Assembly (NCBI GenBank): GCA_902786965.1
Contig: CADAEJ010000006.1
Span: forward strand, 25,805-89,804
DNA length: 64,000 bases
Direction: 5' to 3'
Source of the DNA: an uncultured Ruminococcus sp.
GTDB lineage: Bacteria; Bacillota; Clostridia; Oscillospirales; Ruminococcaceae
Shown: positions 19,073-28,378 of the stretch, in pieces
Layout of the letters: the number at the start of each line of letters is the position of its first letter
How positions within the stretch are numbered: position 1 is the first letter of the stretch
Notes under the pieces: generated by a model
Database searches by the model: none
Told to the model about the DNA's origin: nothing
Seen by the model: the letters and a program-made list of their open reading frames with translations, nothing else
Made by a program: the position numbers and the translations under genes

Positions 19073-20354
19073 ACAGGTTATCAGAAGCGAGCTTCTCGGC
19101 GAGCAGTATACGCTCGTCCATCACGATTCGGGGCTTGATATACTGATGTGGAAGAAAGAGGGCTTTTCCACGGTAGAGGCGCTTTTCGGGACCAAGTACG
19201 GCTCGATAAACAACTGCTTCAAGACCGATGATACAGACGGATTCATCCGGGTCCCCGACGGCATAGCCCATTACCTCGAGCATAAGCTGTTCGAGTCTGA
19301 TGACAACAGCAATGTCTTTGAGCTTTATGCCAGAACGGGCGCGGCGGCAAATGCTTTCACCGCCAATGATATAACCGCCTATCAGTTCAGCTGTACCGAT
19401 AACTACGAGCAGTCTCTTGAAATTCTGCTCGACTTTGTGCAGTCGCCCTATTTCACCAAAGAGAATGTCGAAAAGGAACAGGGCATAATCGCGCAGGAAA
19501 TAAAAATGGGTGATGATTCCCCGACAAGAAAGTGCTTTAAGAACCTTCTCAAAGCGCTGTACGTCAACAACCCCGTAAGGATAGACGTTGCAGGTACGGT
19601 CGAGTCTATCGCAAAGATAACTCCCGAGCTTTTGTATACCTGCTACAATGCCTTTTACAACCTGCACAATATGACCCTTTCGATAGCGGGAAATATCGAC
19701 GAGCAGACGGTGCTTGATATCTGCGATAAAAAGCTCAAGCCAAGCCGAGATATACACCTTGAAACAAGCTTCCCCGACGAACCTGCACAGGTCAATGAAA
19801 AAAGGGTCGCTGCCGAGTCGGCGGTCGGGATACCCGTTTTCTGCATAGGCTTTAAATCCGATGCACCGCAGGGCAGGGAGTATTTCACCAAAACGGTCAT
19901 AGCCGCTATGCTGCTCGAACAGCTTGTCGGTCAGACCTCACCGCTTTACAATTCACTTCTCGAGGATGGGCTTATAAACCCTGCATTCGGAACATTCGTA
20001 TACGCAAGCCCCGGCAGGTTCTTTACCTGTATCATCGAGGGAGAATCAGCCGATCCCGACGAGGTCGCAAGGCGCATCTATGCCGAGATCGAACGCCTCA
20101 AAACACAGGGTATCGACAGGGAGCTTTTTGAAACAGACAAGCGCGTGCGCTACGGCGAAAAGGTCAGCAGCATAAATGATGTCAAGGCGTGTGCAGATGC
20201 TATGCTCTACTACAGCTTTGACTGCGAGGATATGACATTGTTTGACGACCTTGGAATGATCGCGTCGATAACCGCGGAGGACTGCGAGAATATGATAGAT
20301 GATATTCTATCCGCAGACCGCAGCAGCATAAGCATAGTGACCAATAAAAAATAG
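19065..20354 (+). CDS. M16-family zinc peptidase (YmfH/YfmH-like)
   Basis: Inverted zinc motif HYLEH in GIAHYLEHKLFE. Confidence 0.75.
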   Translation: MNKQVIRSELLGEQYTLVHHDSGLDILMWKKEGFSTVEALFGTKYGSINNCFKTDDTDGFIRVPDGIAHYLEHKLFESDDNSNVFELYARTGAAANAFTANDITAYQFSCTDNYEQSLEILLDFVQSPYFTKENVEKEQGIIAQEIKMGDDSPTRKCFKNLLKALYVNNPVRIDVAGTVESIAKITPELLYTCYNAFYNLHNMTLSIAGNIDEQTVLDICDKKLKPSRDIHLETSFPDEPAQVNEKRVAAESAVGIPVFCIGFKSDAPQGREYFTKTVIAAMLLEQLVGQTSPLYNSLLEDGLINPAFGTFVYASPGRFFTCIIEGESADPDEVARRIYAEIERLKTQGIDRELFETDKRVRYGEKVSSINDVKACADAMLYYSFDCEDMTLFDDLGMIASITAEDCENMIDDILSADRSSISIVTNKK

Positions 20355-20383
20355 GTTATAGGGACAGAAAGGAAGAATGTAAA

Positions 20384-22030
20384 ATGATACAAGCTATTCA
20401 GACATTAGCAGAGCGATCGGGCGAGGTCTGGGACAAGCTGAACGATAATCCAAAGAGGGTGTACTTTCCCAATTTCGGTGACGGCGACAATGTTCTGAGA
20501 TCGGGCATCGACATCGACAGAGTTATGTTCACGATACCCGGGACGAATTTCAAGATCTACTGGTATGGTTTTCTTATCGCAGTGGGTATCGTGCTTGCAC
20601 TTATCTACGGCTTCAAGAAGATGAAGAAGGTCGGCATCGACCCCGACAGAGCAACAGATGCAGTCATCGGCGGCTTTTTCGGCGCAATAATCGGCGCAAG
20701 ACTTTACTATATCATCTTCTCCGATACGCCCATAACCAAGTTCTTTGATTTCCGTGACGGCGGACTTGCGATATATGGCGGAGTCATAGGCGCGATACTT
20801 GTCGGCGGGTACATCACCAAGCGCAAAAAGCTGCGGCTGATGACCATGCTCGACGTTGCAGCCCCCTGCTTTTTCATCGGTCAGGCGATCGGGCGCTGGG
20901 GCAACTTTTTCAATCAGGAGTGCTTTGGCACAAACACCGACAAGCCCTGGGGAATGATGAGCCTTACCACAGCAAACTATGTCAGTGACCATATCACAGA
21001 CGGCAGCGTTGACCCTACACTTCCTATCCACCCATGCTTTTTGTATGAATCGCTTTGGTGCATAGCAGGCTTTGTATTCCTGCACCTGTTTTTCAAGCAC
21101 AGAAAGTTTGACGGCGAGATCTTCCTGTGCTATACAGGCTGGTACGGACTTGGCAGATTCTTCATCGAGGGACTGCGCACAGATTCACTGTACATCGGCA
21201 GCGTAAGAGCATCACAGCTGCTTGCGGGACTTTGCTTTGTTGCGAGCGTCGCAGCGATAATCGTTATCCGCGTAAGGATCCATAAGTTCAAGGACTATGT
21301 TTTCTTCAAGGATACCGAGCTTTCGCGCGAGATGATACTCCAGTACGATAACCTCAACCGCTTTGAGAAAGAGCGCAGAGAATTAAAGTCCAAAATATCC
21401 GAGGCTAAAAAGAATGGCGAGGACGCAGCAGAGCTTGAAAAACAGTACGAGGAACAGTTCGGCGAGACCGCCAAGAAAGCAAGACAGGAGGCTCTTGACA
21501 AGGCGGAGCAGGCTGATATAAAGGCTGCCGCCGAGCGCAAGGCTGCTCGCGCAGAGCTTGTCGGCAAACCAGCGGACGAAAAGACCGAGCCAAAGGCAGA
21601 GGAAACCAAGCCCGAGGAGAAAAAGACCGAGCCAAAGGCGGAGGACACCAACAGCGAGGAGAAAAAGAGCGAGCCAAAGGCGGAGGACTCCAAGCCCGAG
21701 GAGAAGAAAGACCTGACCAAGCCGCAGCAGGATCAGAACAAGAACGGCGCAAATCAGGGACAGAAAAAGAACAACAACTACCACAGCCGTAACAACCGCG
21801 GCAAAAACCGCAATAAGAATAAAAACTCAAACGGCGGCAATAAACAGGGCGGTCAGCAGAATAACAAGCAGGGCAGCGGCAATAACGGCAGCAATAACAA
21901 GCAGAATAACAGCGCAAACAGCAAACCCGGCAACAATAAGCAGGGCGGCGGCAAAAACAAGAACAATAACAATAACAACAATAAAACGGGCAATAACAAA
22001 ACAGGCAGCAAGCCCGGCAATAATAATTAA
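20384..22030 (+). CDS. lgt: prolipoprotein diacylglyceryl transferase with ~250-aa low-complexity C-terminal extension
   Basis: The Lgt core (~aa 1-300) includes the signature GRWGNFFNQE. It is followed by a K/E-rich region and an N/K/G/Q-rich tail. Confidence 0.85.
   Translation: MIQAIQTLAERSGEVWDKLNDNPKRVYFPNFGDGDNVLRSGIDIDRVMFTIPGTNFKIYWYGFLIAVGIVLALIYGFKKMKKVGIDPDRATDAVIGGFFGAIIGARLYYIIFSDTPITKFFDFRDGGLAIYGGVIGAILVGGYITKRKKLRLMTMLDVAAPCFFIGQAIGRWGNFFNQECFGTNTDKPWGMMSLTTANYVSDHITDGSVDPTLPIHPCFLYESLWCIAGFVFLHLFFKHRKFDGEIFLCYTGWYGLGRFFIEGLRTDSLYIGSVRASQLLAGLCFVASVAAIIVIRVRIHKFKDYVFFKDTELSREMILQYDNLNRFEKERRELKSKISEAKKNGEDAAELEKQYEEQFGETAKKARQEALDKAEQADIKAAAERKAARAELVGKPADEKTEPKAEETKPEEKKTEPKAEDTNSEEKKSEPKAEDSKPEEKKDLTKPQQDQNKNGANQGQKKNNNYHSRNNRGKNRNKNKNSNGGNKQGGQQNNKQGSGNNGSNNKQNNSANSKPGNNKQGGGKNKNNNNNNNKTGNNKTGSKPGNNN
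21584..21709 (+). repeat. three tandem 42-bp (14-aa) repeats in the lgt tail
   Basis: TEPKAEETKPEEKK / TEPKAEDTNSEEKK / SEPKAEDSKPEEKK, codon-aligned. Confidence 0.9.
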
Positions 22031-22043
22031 GAGGTGACTTGAA

Positions 22044-22898
22044 ATGGCAAATATAATTGACGGAAAAGCAGTATCCGCACAGGTAAAAGAGGACATAAGG
22101 ATCGAAACCGAAAAGCTCAAAGCACAGGGCATCGAGATAGGACTTGCAGTAGTTATCGTCGGCAATGACCCCGCATCGCAGGTCTATGTAAGAAATAAGG
22201 AAAAGGCTTGCGAAGCTGTCGGCTTTAACTCCTATAAGTATGCACTTCCAGAGGAAACTACCGAGCAGGAGCTTCTTGCACTCGTTGACAAGCTCAATAA
22301 CGATGACAAGGTGGACGGCATCCTCGTTCAGCTGCCGCTTCCGAAGCACCTTGACGACAAGATGATAATCAACAATATCCGCCCCGATAAAGATGTTGAC
22401 GCTTTCCACCCCGTAAATGTCGGCAAGATAATGATAGGCGATTACAGCTTCCTGCCATGCACACCCGCAGGCGTTATGGAGCTTATCAAGTCAACAGGCA
22501 CGCAGATAGAGGGCAAGGAGTGCGTTGTCATCGGCAGGAGCAATATCGTCGGCAAGCCGCAGGCGATGCTGCTTTTGCACCAGAGCGGTACAGTAACTAT
22601 CTGCCATTCAAAGACAAAGGATCTCAAAGCTGTCGCAAGCAGAGCAGATATCCTCGTTGCCGCAGTCGGCAGAGCTAAAATGATAACAGCTGACTATGTA
22701 AAGCAGGGCGCAGTCGTTATAGATGTCGGGATGAACAGGGACGAAAACGGCAAACTCTGCGGCGATGTTGACTTTGAAAGCGTAAAGGATAAGGCTGGCT
22801 ATATCACACCCGTTCCGGGCGGCGTAGGACCTATGACGATAGCTATGCTGATGAAGAATACCCTCACCGCAGGCAAGGATCATCACGGCGTAAAGTAA
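22044..22898 (+). CDS. folD: bifunctional methylenetetrahydrofolate dehydrogenase/cyclohydrolase
   Basis: IIDGK N-terminus, [26 protein letters not shown]. Confidence 0.92.
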   Translation: MANIIDGKAVSAQVKEDIRIETEKLKAQGIEIGLAVVIVGNDPASQVYVRNKEKACEAVGFNSYKYALPEETTEQELLALVDKLNNDDKVDGILVQLPLPKHLDDKMIINNIRPDKDVDAFHPVNVGKIMIGDYSFLPCTPAGVMELIKSTGTQIEGKECVVIGRSNIVGKPQAMLLLHQSGTVTICHSKTKDLKAVASRADILVAAVGRAKMITADYVKQGAVVIDVGMNRDENGKLCGDVDFESVKDKAGYITPVPGGVGPMTIAMLMKNTLTAGKDHHGVK

Positions 22899-22922
22899 AG
22901 TGTAAACTTTTCGTGAACACCC

Positions 22923-22951
22923 TTTACAAAACAGCGCCTATACTGTATAAT
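22923..22951 (+). promoter_or_regulatory. sigma-A-type promoter of rpsO
   Basis: TTTACA (22923-22928), 17 nt spacer, TATAAT (22946-22951). It leaves a leader of about 110 nt. Confidence 0.55.
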
Positions 22952-23068
22952 AATAAATGCTGTGTTGACAGCGTATCCCTGCCGCAGAATATGGGTAAAG
23001 CCCGAACGGGAAAGCTACCTGCCATATCCTTCGACAGCGGAAAATAATAATGAAAGAGGTACAAACAA

Positions 23069-23335
23069 ATGCTGAGAAAAGACGAAAAGACAGCCGTTAT
23101 CGAGGCTAACAAGACTCATGACAACGACACAGGATCCCCTGAGGTACAGATCGCTATCCTTACCAGAAGGATCTCCGACCTGACCGAGCATCTCAAGACT
23201 CATAAGAAGGACAACCACTCCAGAAGCGGTCTGTTCAAGATGATAGGTAAGAGAAGAAACCTTCTCAACTACCTCAAGAAGAAGGACATCAACAGATACA
23301 GAGCAACTATCGAGAAGCTGGGTATCCGTAAGTAA
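23069..23335 (+). CDS. rpsO: 30S ribosomal protein S15
   Basis: 88 aa, [34 protein letters not shown]. Confidence 0.95.
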   Translation: MLRKDEKTAVIEANKTHDNDTGSPEVQIAILTRRISDLTEHLKTHKKDNHSRSGLFKMIGKRRNLLNYLKKKDINRYRATIEKLGIRK

Positions 23336-23353
23336 TTATTGTGATCATCCATT

Positions 23354-23387
23354 AAGGCAGAGGCAATTTATTGTCACTGCCTTTTGG
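23354..23387 (+). terminator. intrinsic terminator/attenuator after rpsO
   Basis: AAGGCAG...CTGCCTT stem followed by TTTGG. Confidence 0.55.
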
Positions 23388-23426
23388 TGTATCATACACA
23401 AAAAACGAACATTGTTTGGTGCAGGC

Positions 23427-23482
23427 GTATTAGCATTAAACAGAGCCTATGCAAAGGCGTGAGCTGTGTTTATTGCTAATGC
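23427..23482 (+). promoter_or_regulatory. long imperfect hairpin in the pnp 5' leader
   Basis: A 20-nt arm at 23427-23446 pairs with 23463-23482 (17 of 20 positions complementary) across a 16-nt loop. Confidence 0.5.
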
Positions 23483-23518
23483 TTTCACCAGATAAATAAA
23501 TATTTTGGAGGAAGAAAA

Positions 23519-25636
23519 ATGTTTGAGAATTTCAGAACTTTTGAAACGACCTACGCAGGCAGACCTGTAAAGGTCGAAACAGGCAAGACCTGCGGACTTG
23601 CAAACGGCTCATGCTGGGTAAGATACGGCGAGACAGTAGTAATGGCAAACGTTACCGCATCTGCAAAGCCAAGGGAGGGCGTTGACTTTTTCCCGCTTTC
23701 TGTTGACTTTGAGGAGAAAATGTATGCAGTAGGCAGGATCCCGGGCTCTTTCACAAAGAGAGAGGGCAAGGCTTCCGATAAGGCTATCCTTGCATCAAGA
23801 TGTGTTGACAGACCTATCAGACCGCTTTTCCCGAAGGATATGCGCAATGACGTGACTGTTGTTATCACAGTTCTTTCTGTTGATCCCGACAACTCACCCG
23901 AGATCGCAGGCATGATCGCCGCATCTATCGCGATCTCTATCTCAGATATCCCGTGGAACGGACCTGTTGCATCTATAAATGTCGGCTACGTTGACGGACA
24001 GCTCGTTCTCAATCCTACACTTGAGCAGAGAGCGCATAACGACCTCAACCTCACAGTTGCAGGTTCTGCTGAAAAGGTCGTAATGATCGAGGCAGGCGCT
24101 AACGAGATCCCCGATGACCTTATGCTCGAGGCTATCAAGTTCGGCCATGCCGAGATAAAGAATATGGTTGCCTTCATCTCCGATATCCAGAAGCAGATAG
24201 GCAAGCCTAAGTTTGAGTTTGAGTCTATGGAGCTTGACCACGATATGATGGATAAGATCCTTGACCAGTTCGGCGATAAGCTCAAGTATGCACTTGATAC
24301 CGATGACAAGACTGTAAGAGATGCAAGACTTGTTCCTATCCAGGACGAGATCCTTGAAGCATTCTCCGAGGAATATGAAAACCTCCCCGATATCATCGGC
24401 GAGGTAATGTACAAGGCACAGAAAACTATCGTAAGAGAGTGGCTGTATAACGGTAAGCGCGTTGACGGCAGAGGCATCGACGAGATAAGACCTCTTGCTG
24501 CCGAGGTAGGCGTTCTGCCAAGAGTACACGGCTCTGGTATCTTCACCAGAGGTCAGACACAGGTAATGACCATCGCTACCCTCGGCCCTGTTTCCGATGC
24601 GCAGAAGCTCGACGGACTTGACGAGGAAACAAGCAAGAGATATATGCACCAGTACAACTTCCCATCTTATTCCGTAGGCGAAACAAAGCCTTCAAGAGGA
24701 CCCGGAAGACGTGAGATCGGTCACGGCGCACTTGCAGAGAGAGCGCTCGTTCCTGTTATCCCGTCCGTTGAGGATTTCCCGTACGCTATACGCTGCGTAT
24801 CAGAGGTCCTTTCCTCTAACGGCTCAACATCACAGGGCTCTATCTGCGGCTCAACACTTGCCCTTATGGACGCAGGTGTGCCAATCAAGGCACCTGTTGC
24901 AGGTATCTCCTGCGGTCTTATCACCAAGGAAGACGGCAGCTGGATGACAATGGTTGATATCCAGGGTCTTGAGGACTTCTACGGCGACATGGACTTCAAG
25001 GTAGGCGGTACAAAGAATGGTATCACAGCTATCCAGGTGGATATCAAGGTAGACGGACTTACCTACGATATAATCGCAAGCGCGTTTGAAAAAACACACA
25101 AGGCAAGAAACTATATCCTTGACGAGATCATGCTCAAGGCTATCCCTGAGGTAAGACCTACTGTCAGCAAGTGGGCACCCAAGATGCTTACAACCAAGGT
25201 TCCTGTTGATAAGATCCGTGAGGTCATCGGCTCGGGCGGAAAGGTCATCCAGAAGATCTCCGCTGACTGCGAGGTCAAGATCGACATCACAGAAGAGGGC
25301 AACGTATTCGTTTCGGGTCTTGATCTTGACAAGGCAAAGCAGGCTATCGCTATCATTGATACTATCGCAAACGATCCCGAGGTAGGCGCTATCTACAAGG
25401 GCAAGGTAGTTAAGCTGATGCAGTTCGGAGCATTTGTTGAGATCGCACCGGGCAAGGACGGACTTGTTCATATCTCCAAGCTGGACAAGCAGAGAGTTGA
25501 AAAGGTCGAGGACGTTGTTTCCGTAGGCGACGAGATAGTTGTCAAGGTAATGGAAATAGACAATCAGGGAAGGATCAACCTTTCCAGAAAAGATGCTCTT
25601 GCCGACATCGAGGCAAAGAAGAACGCAGAGCAGTAA
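23519..25636 (+). CDS. pnp: polyribonucleotide nucleotidyltransferase (PNPase)
   Basis: Two RNase PH domains, a KH domain (GSGGKVIQKI) and an S1 domain (GKVVKLMQFGAFVEI). Confidence 0.95.
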   Translation: MFENFRTFETTYAGRPVKVETGKTCGLANGSCWVRYGETVVMANVTASAKPREGVDFFPLSVDFEEKMYAVGRIPGSFTKREGKASDKAILASRCVDRPIRPLFPKDMRNDVTVVITVLSVDPDNSPEIAGMIAASIAISISDIPWNGPVASINVGYVDGQLVLNPTLEQRAHNDLNLTVAGSAEKVVMIEAGANEIPDDLMLEAIKFGHAEIKNMVAFISDIQKQIGKPKFEFESMELDHDMMDKILDQFGDKLKYALDTDDKTVRDARLVPIQDEILEAFSEEYENLPDIIGEVMYKAQKTIVREWLYNGKRVDGRGIDEIRPLAAEVGVLPRVHGSGIFTRGQTQVMTIATLGPVSDAQKLDGLDEETSKRYMHQYNFPSYSVGETKPSRGPGRREIGHGALAERALVPVIPSVEDFPYAIRCVSEVLSSNGSTSQGSICGSTLALMDAGVPIKAPVAGISCGLITKEDGSWMTMVDIQGLEDFYGDMDFKVGGTKNGITAIQVDIKVDGLTYDIIASAFEKTHKARNYILDEIMLKAIPEVRPTVSKWAPKMLTTKVPVDKIREVIGSGGKVIQKISADCEVKIDITEEGNVFVSGLDLDKAKQAIAIIDTIANDPEVGAIYKGKVVKLMQFGAFVEIAPGKDGLVHISKLDKQRVEKVEDVVSVGDEIVVKVMEIDNQGRINLSRKDALADIEAKKNAEQ

Positions 25637-25648
25637 TTTGCATTATTT

Positions 25649-25683
25649 CAGGCGGGCAGTTTATGGCTGTCCGCCTGTTTGTT
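25649..25683 (+). terminator. intrinsic terminator after pnp
   Basis: CAGGCGGGCAG / CTGTCCGCCTG stem followed by TTTGTT. Confidence 0.7.
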
Positions 25684-25737
25684 CACAAAGCCGTGCAGTT
25701 TTGCATATCATAAAGCAAAATGTACGGAGGTGAGCAT

Positions 25738-26073
25738 ATGCTTTACAGCGTGATAATAACAGCGGCCATCGCTGCCGCAGTCATAGGGATATTCTGTTTC
25801 AAAGCCGTAAGGCTTGACAAATGCAGGCGTACAGTCAAAAGCTACCTGCTCATACCCTGCACCTGCACCGAGCGCGAGCTTGAACTGCTGGTCAAGGGCT
25901 GTTATTGGGAGCAGGTCATGTCGGGAGGAGATTGTAAACGTGACATCATCCTGCTGACCTCACGAAATGACAAAATGCGCACAAGAGCCGAAAGTCTCGA
26001 AAGACAGTTCAGCATAGTCAGAACTGTTGATGTTAAAGAGCTTGCAGGCTTTCTGGGAATGACAAAACACTGA
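25738..26073 (+). CDS. hypothetical N-terminally anchored small protein (111 aa)
   Basis: ATG 25738 follows GGAGGTG. One N-terminal TM segment (MLYSVIITAAIAAAVIGIFCF). No recognisable domain. Confidence 0.5.
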   Translation: MLYSVIITAAIAAAVIGIFCFKAVRLDKCRRTVKSYLLIPCTCTERELELLVKGCYWEQVMSGGDCKRDIILLTSRNDKMRTRAESLERQFSIVRTVDVKELAGFLGMTKH

Positions 26074-26090
26074 AAGGAGTGCCGTGCCGA

Positions 26091-28340
26091 GTGATCGATG
26101 AAAAGCAGCGCCTTACCCTCAGCGGTGAGGTCGACAGCATAGTTTTCAAAAGTGAGACCTCTGCTTACGGGGTCATTATGCTCGATACAGGTGATGACCT
26201 TGAGTCAGTCACCGGCAGCCTTGCAGATGTGCAGGCAGGCGAGATGATAACCGTCGAGGGCTACTATGAAAATAACGCAAAGTACGGTCTGCAATTCAGG
26301 GCAGAGGTGTGCTACCCGCAGCTCCCCGCATCGACCGAAGGCATCTTCAAGTACCTTTCAAGCGGCGTTATCAAAGGACTGAAAGCAAAAGTTGCCCGCA
26401 GGATCGTTGACCTTTTCGGTGAAGAGTCGTTCGATGTTATCGAGAATGACTATATGAAACTCACGCAGGTCGAGGGCATCTCAAAAAAGACTGCGAAGAA
26501 GATCCATGACGGCTTTGCCGAAACCAACAAAGTCCGCTCGCTCCTCACGTTCCTGAAAAATCACGGCATCAGTGCCGACTACGGCTACCGTGCGTGGAAC
26601 AACTGGGGAGAGCACGCACTTGAAATGATACAGTCAAACCCGTATGTGCTTTGCTCACCGCTTGTTGCGCTGTCCTTTGAGGAGGCTGATACTTTGGCGC
26701 GAAAGCTCGGTATCGCCGCAGACAGCGAGCACAGGATCGCAGCCTATATGGAGTTCCTGCTCAATAAGCAGGCGGAGGACGGCAATACCGCAATGCCTAT
26801 CACCACACTTGGCAAACAAACTACCGATCGCCTCGGCGTGACGAGCGAGCAGTTCAAACAGGCACTTCGCTCGCGCCTTGATGACGAAATGCTTTTCTGC
26901 TACGAGATAGACCGAAAAAAACATATAATGCTGCGCAGCCTTTTCACAGCGGAGAGCTTTATCGCGCGCCGTTTGTGCCTTATGCGCCAGCTTACATACG
27001 ATACACAGACCGACTTTTCCGCCGTCATCGACCTTGAGGAGCAGAACAACGGCATAAAGTACGAAAAAACACAGAGAGAGGCGATAAACCTCGCGCTTTC
27101 AAAAGGCTTTCTCGTGCTCACCGGCGGACCGGGTACGGGCAAGACCACAACGCTGAATGCCATAATCTCGCTTTATCAGCAGCAGGGACTTGAAGTCTTT
27201 ATCTGTGCGCCGACAGGCAGAGCAGCCAAGCGTATCAGCGACCTCACAGGCTTTGAGGCAAAAACTATCCACCGCCTGCTCGAAGCACAGTACGTCAGCG
27301 ATGGATTTACCCACTTTAAAAAGAATGAAAACGATATGCTCGACTGCGATGCGCTTATAATTGATGAAATGTCAATGGTAGATGCGCAGCTTTTCGAGGC
27401 AGTGCTTCGGGCTGTCAGCATAAACTGTAAGCTCGTGCTTGTCGGCGACAGCAATCAGCTGCCGTCTGTCAGCGCGGGCAACGTGCTGAAAGATATCATC
27501 GACAGCGGTGCGATGTCAGTCGTGCGTCTTACCGAAGTGTTCAGACAAGCCGAGAGATCAAAGATCGTAGTCAATGCCCACCGTATAGTCGAGGGCGAAC
27601 CTGTCGATCTTTCGGACAGATCGCAGGACAGCGACTTTTACTTTATGCAGCGTACAGACCCTGCCGGTGTTTCCGCGCTCGTGTGTGACCTGTTCGGCAA
27701 AAGGCTGCCCGAAAAGTACCACATCTCCCCGATGCTTGATATGCAGCTGATAACACCTACCCATATGGGACCTGCCGGCACGGCGGAGCTCAATAAGACT
27801 CTCCAGCAGCTGCTAAATCCCAAAGCGGCTGGCAAAAGCGAGATAAAAAGCCACGGAACGATATTCCGCACAGGCGATAAAGTAATGCAGATACGAAACG
27901 ATTACCAGATACAATGGAAAAGAAAAACTGATGACGGCGGAGAAGAAAGCGGCGCAGGCATCATCAACGGCGACATCGGCTATATCGAAAAGGTGAATAA
28001 ACTGCTTGGGATATGCGAGATAAACTTTGACGGCAGGGTAGCGGTATACAGCACCAGTCTGCTTGAAAATATCGTGCTTGCTTATGCCATAACGGTACAT
28101 AAAAGTCAGGGTTCGGAGTTTGATTACGTCGTTGTGACGCTCTACGGCGGCTCTGAAAGGCTGTATTACCGCAATTTGCTGTATACAGCGGTCACCAGGG
28201 CAAAGAAAATGCTTATAGTGGTCGGCTCAACAGCGCTTTTTAATAAGATGATACGCAGCTCTAACCGCAATACGCGCATAACCGCACTCAAACCAATGAT
28301 ACAGGAACTCGCAGGCGAGGACGATGATACGGAATTATAA
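26091..28340 (+). CDS. recD2: SF1B ATP-dependent RecD2-type DNA helicase
   Basis: GGPGTGKTT, LVLVGDSNQLPSV, AITVHKSQGSEF. Start is uncertain: GTG 26091, because GTG 26079 overlaps the RBS. Confidence 0.88.
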   Translation: MIDEKQRLTLSGEVDSIVFKSETSAYGVIMLDTGDDLESVTGSLADVQAGEMITVEGYYENNAKYGLQFRAEVCYPQLPASTEGIFKYLSSGVIKGLKAKVARRIVDLFGEESFDVIENDYMKLTQVEGISKKTAKKIHDGFAETNKVRSLLTFLKNHGISADYGYRAWNNWGEHALEMIQSNPYVLCSPLVALSFEEADTLARKLGIAADSEHRIAAYMEFLLNKQAEDGNTAMPITTLGKQTTDRLGVTSEQFKQALRSRLDDEMLFCYEIDRKKHIMLRSLFTAESFIARRLCLMRQLTYDTQTDFSAVIDLEEQNNGIKYEKTQREAINLALSKGFLVLTGGPGTGKTTTLNAIISLYQQQGLEVFICAPTGRAAKRISDLTGFEAKTIHRLLEAQYVSDGFTHFKKNENDMLDCDALIIDEMSMVDAQLFEAVLRAVSINCKLVLVGDSNQLPSVSAGNVLKDIIDSGAMSVVRLTEVFRQAERSKIVVNAHRIVEGEPVDLSDRSQDSDFYFMQRTDPAGVSALVCDLFGKRLPEKYHISPMLDMQLITPTHMGPAGTAELNKTLQQLLNPKAAGKSEIKSHGTIFRTGDKVMQIRNDYQIQWKRKTDDGGEESGAGIINGDIGYIEKVNKLLGICEINFDGRVAVYSTSLLENIVLAYAITVHKSQGSEFDYVVVTLYGGSERLYYRNLLYTAVTRAKKMLIVVGSTALFNKMIRSSNRNTRITALKPMIQELAGEDDDTEL

Positions 28341-28368
28341 AAAAACCACCGAAAAATCGGTGGTTTTT
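28341..28368. terminator. bidirectional intrinsic terminator between recD2 and the TetR gene
   Basis: AAAAA-CCACCG-loop-CGGTGG-TTTTT. Confidence 0.8.
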
Positions 28369-28378
28369 CTTTGCTTTG

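Noticed and set aside
21405-22409. 334-aa Cys/Arg/Pro-rich minus-strand ORF that could be mistaken for a Cys-rich peptide or RiPP-like protein
   Set aside because: It is the antisense reading of the AAC/AAT/AAG low-complexity lgt tail and of the folD 5' end. The open frame is a by-product of codon-repeat composition. It has no RBS, and it overlaps folD, which is unambiguous.
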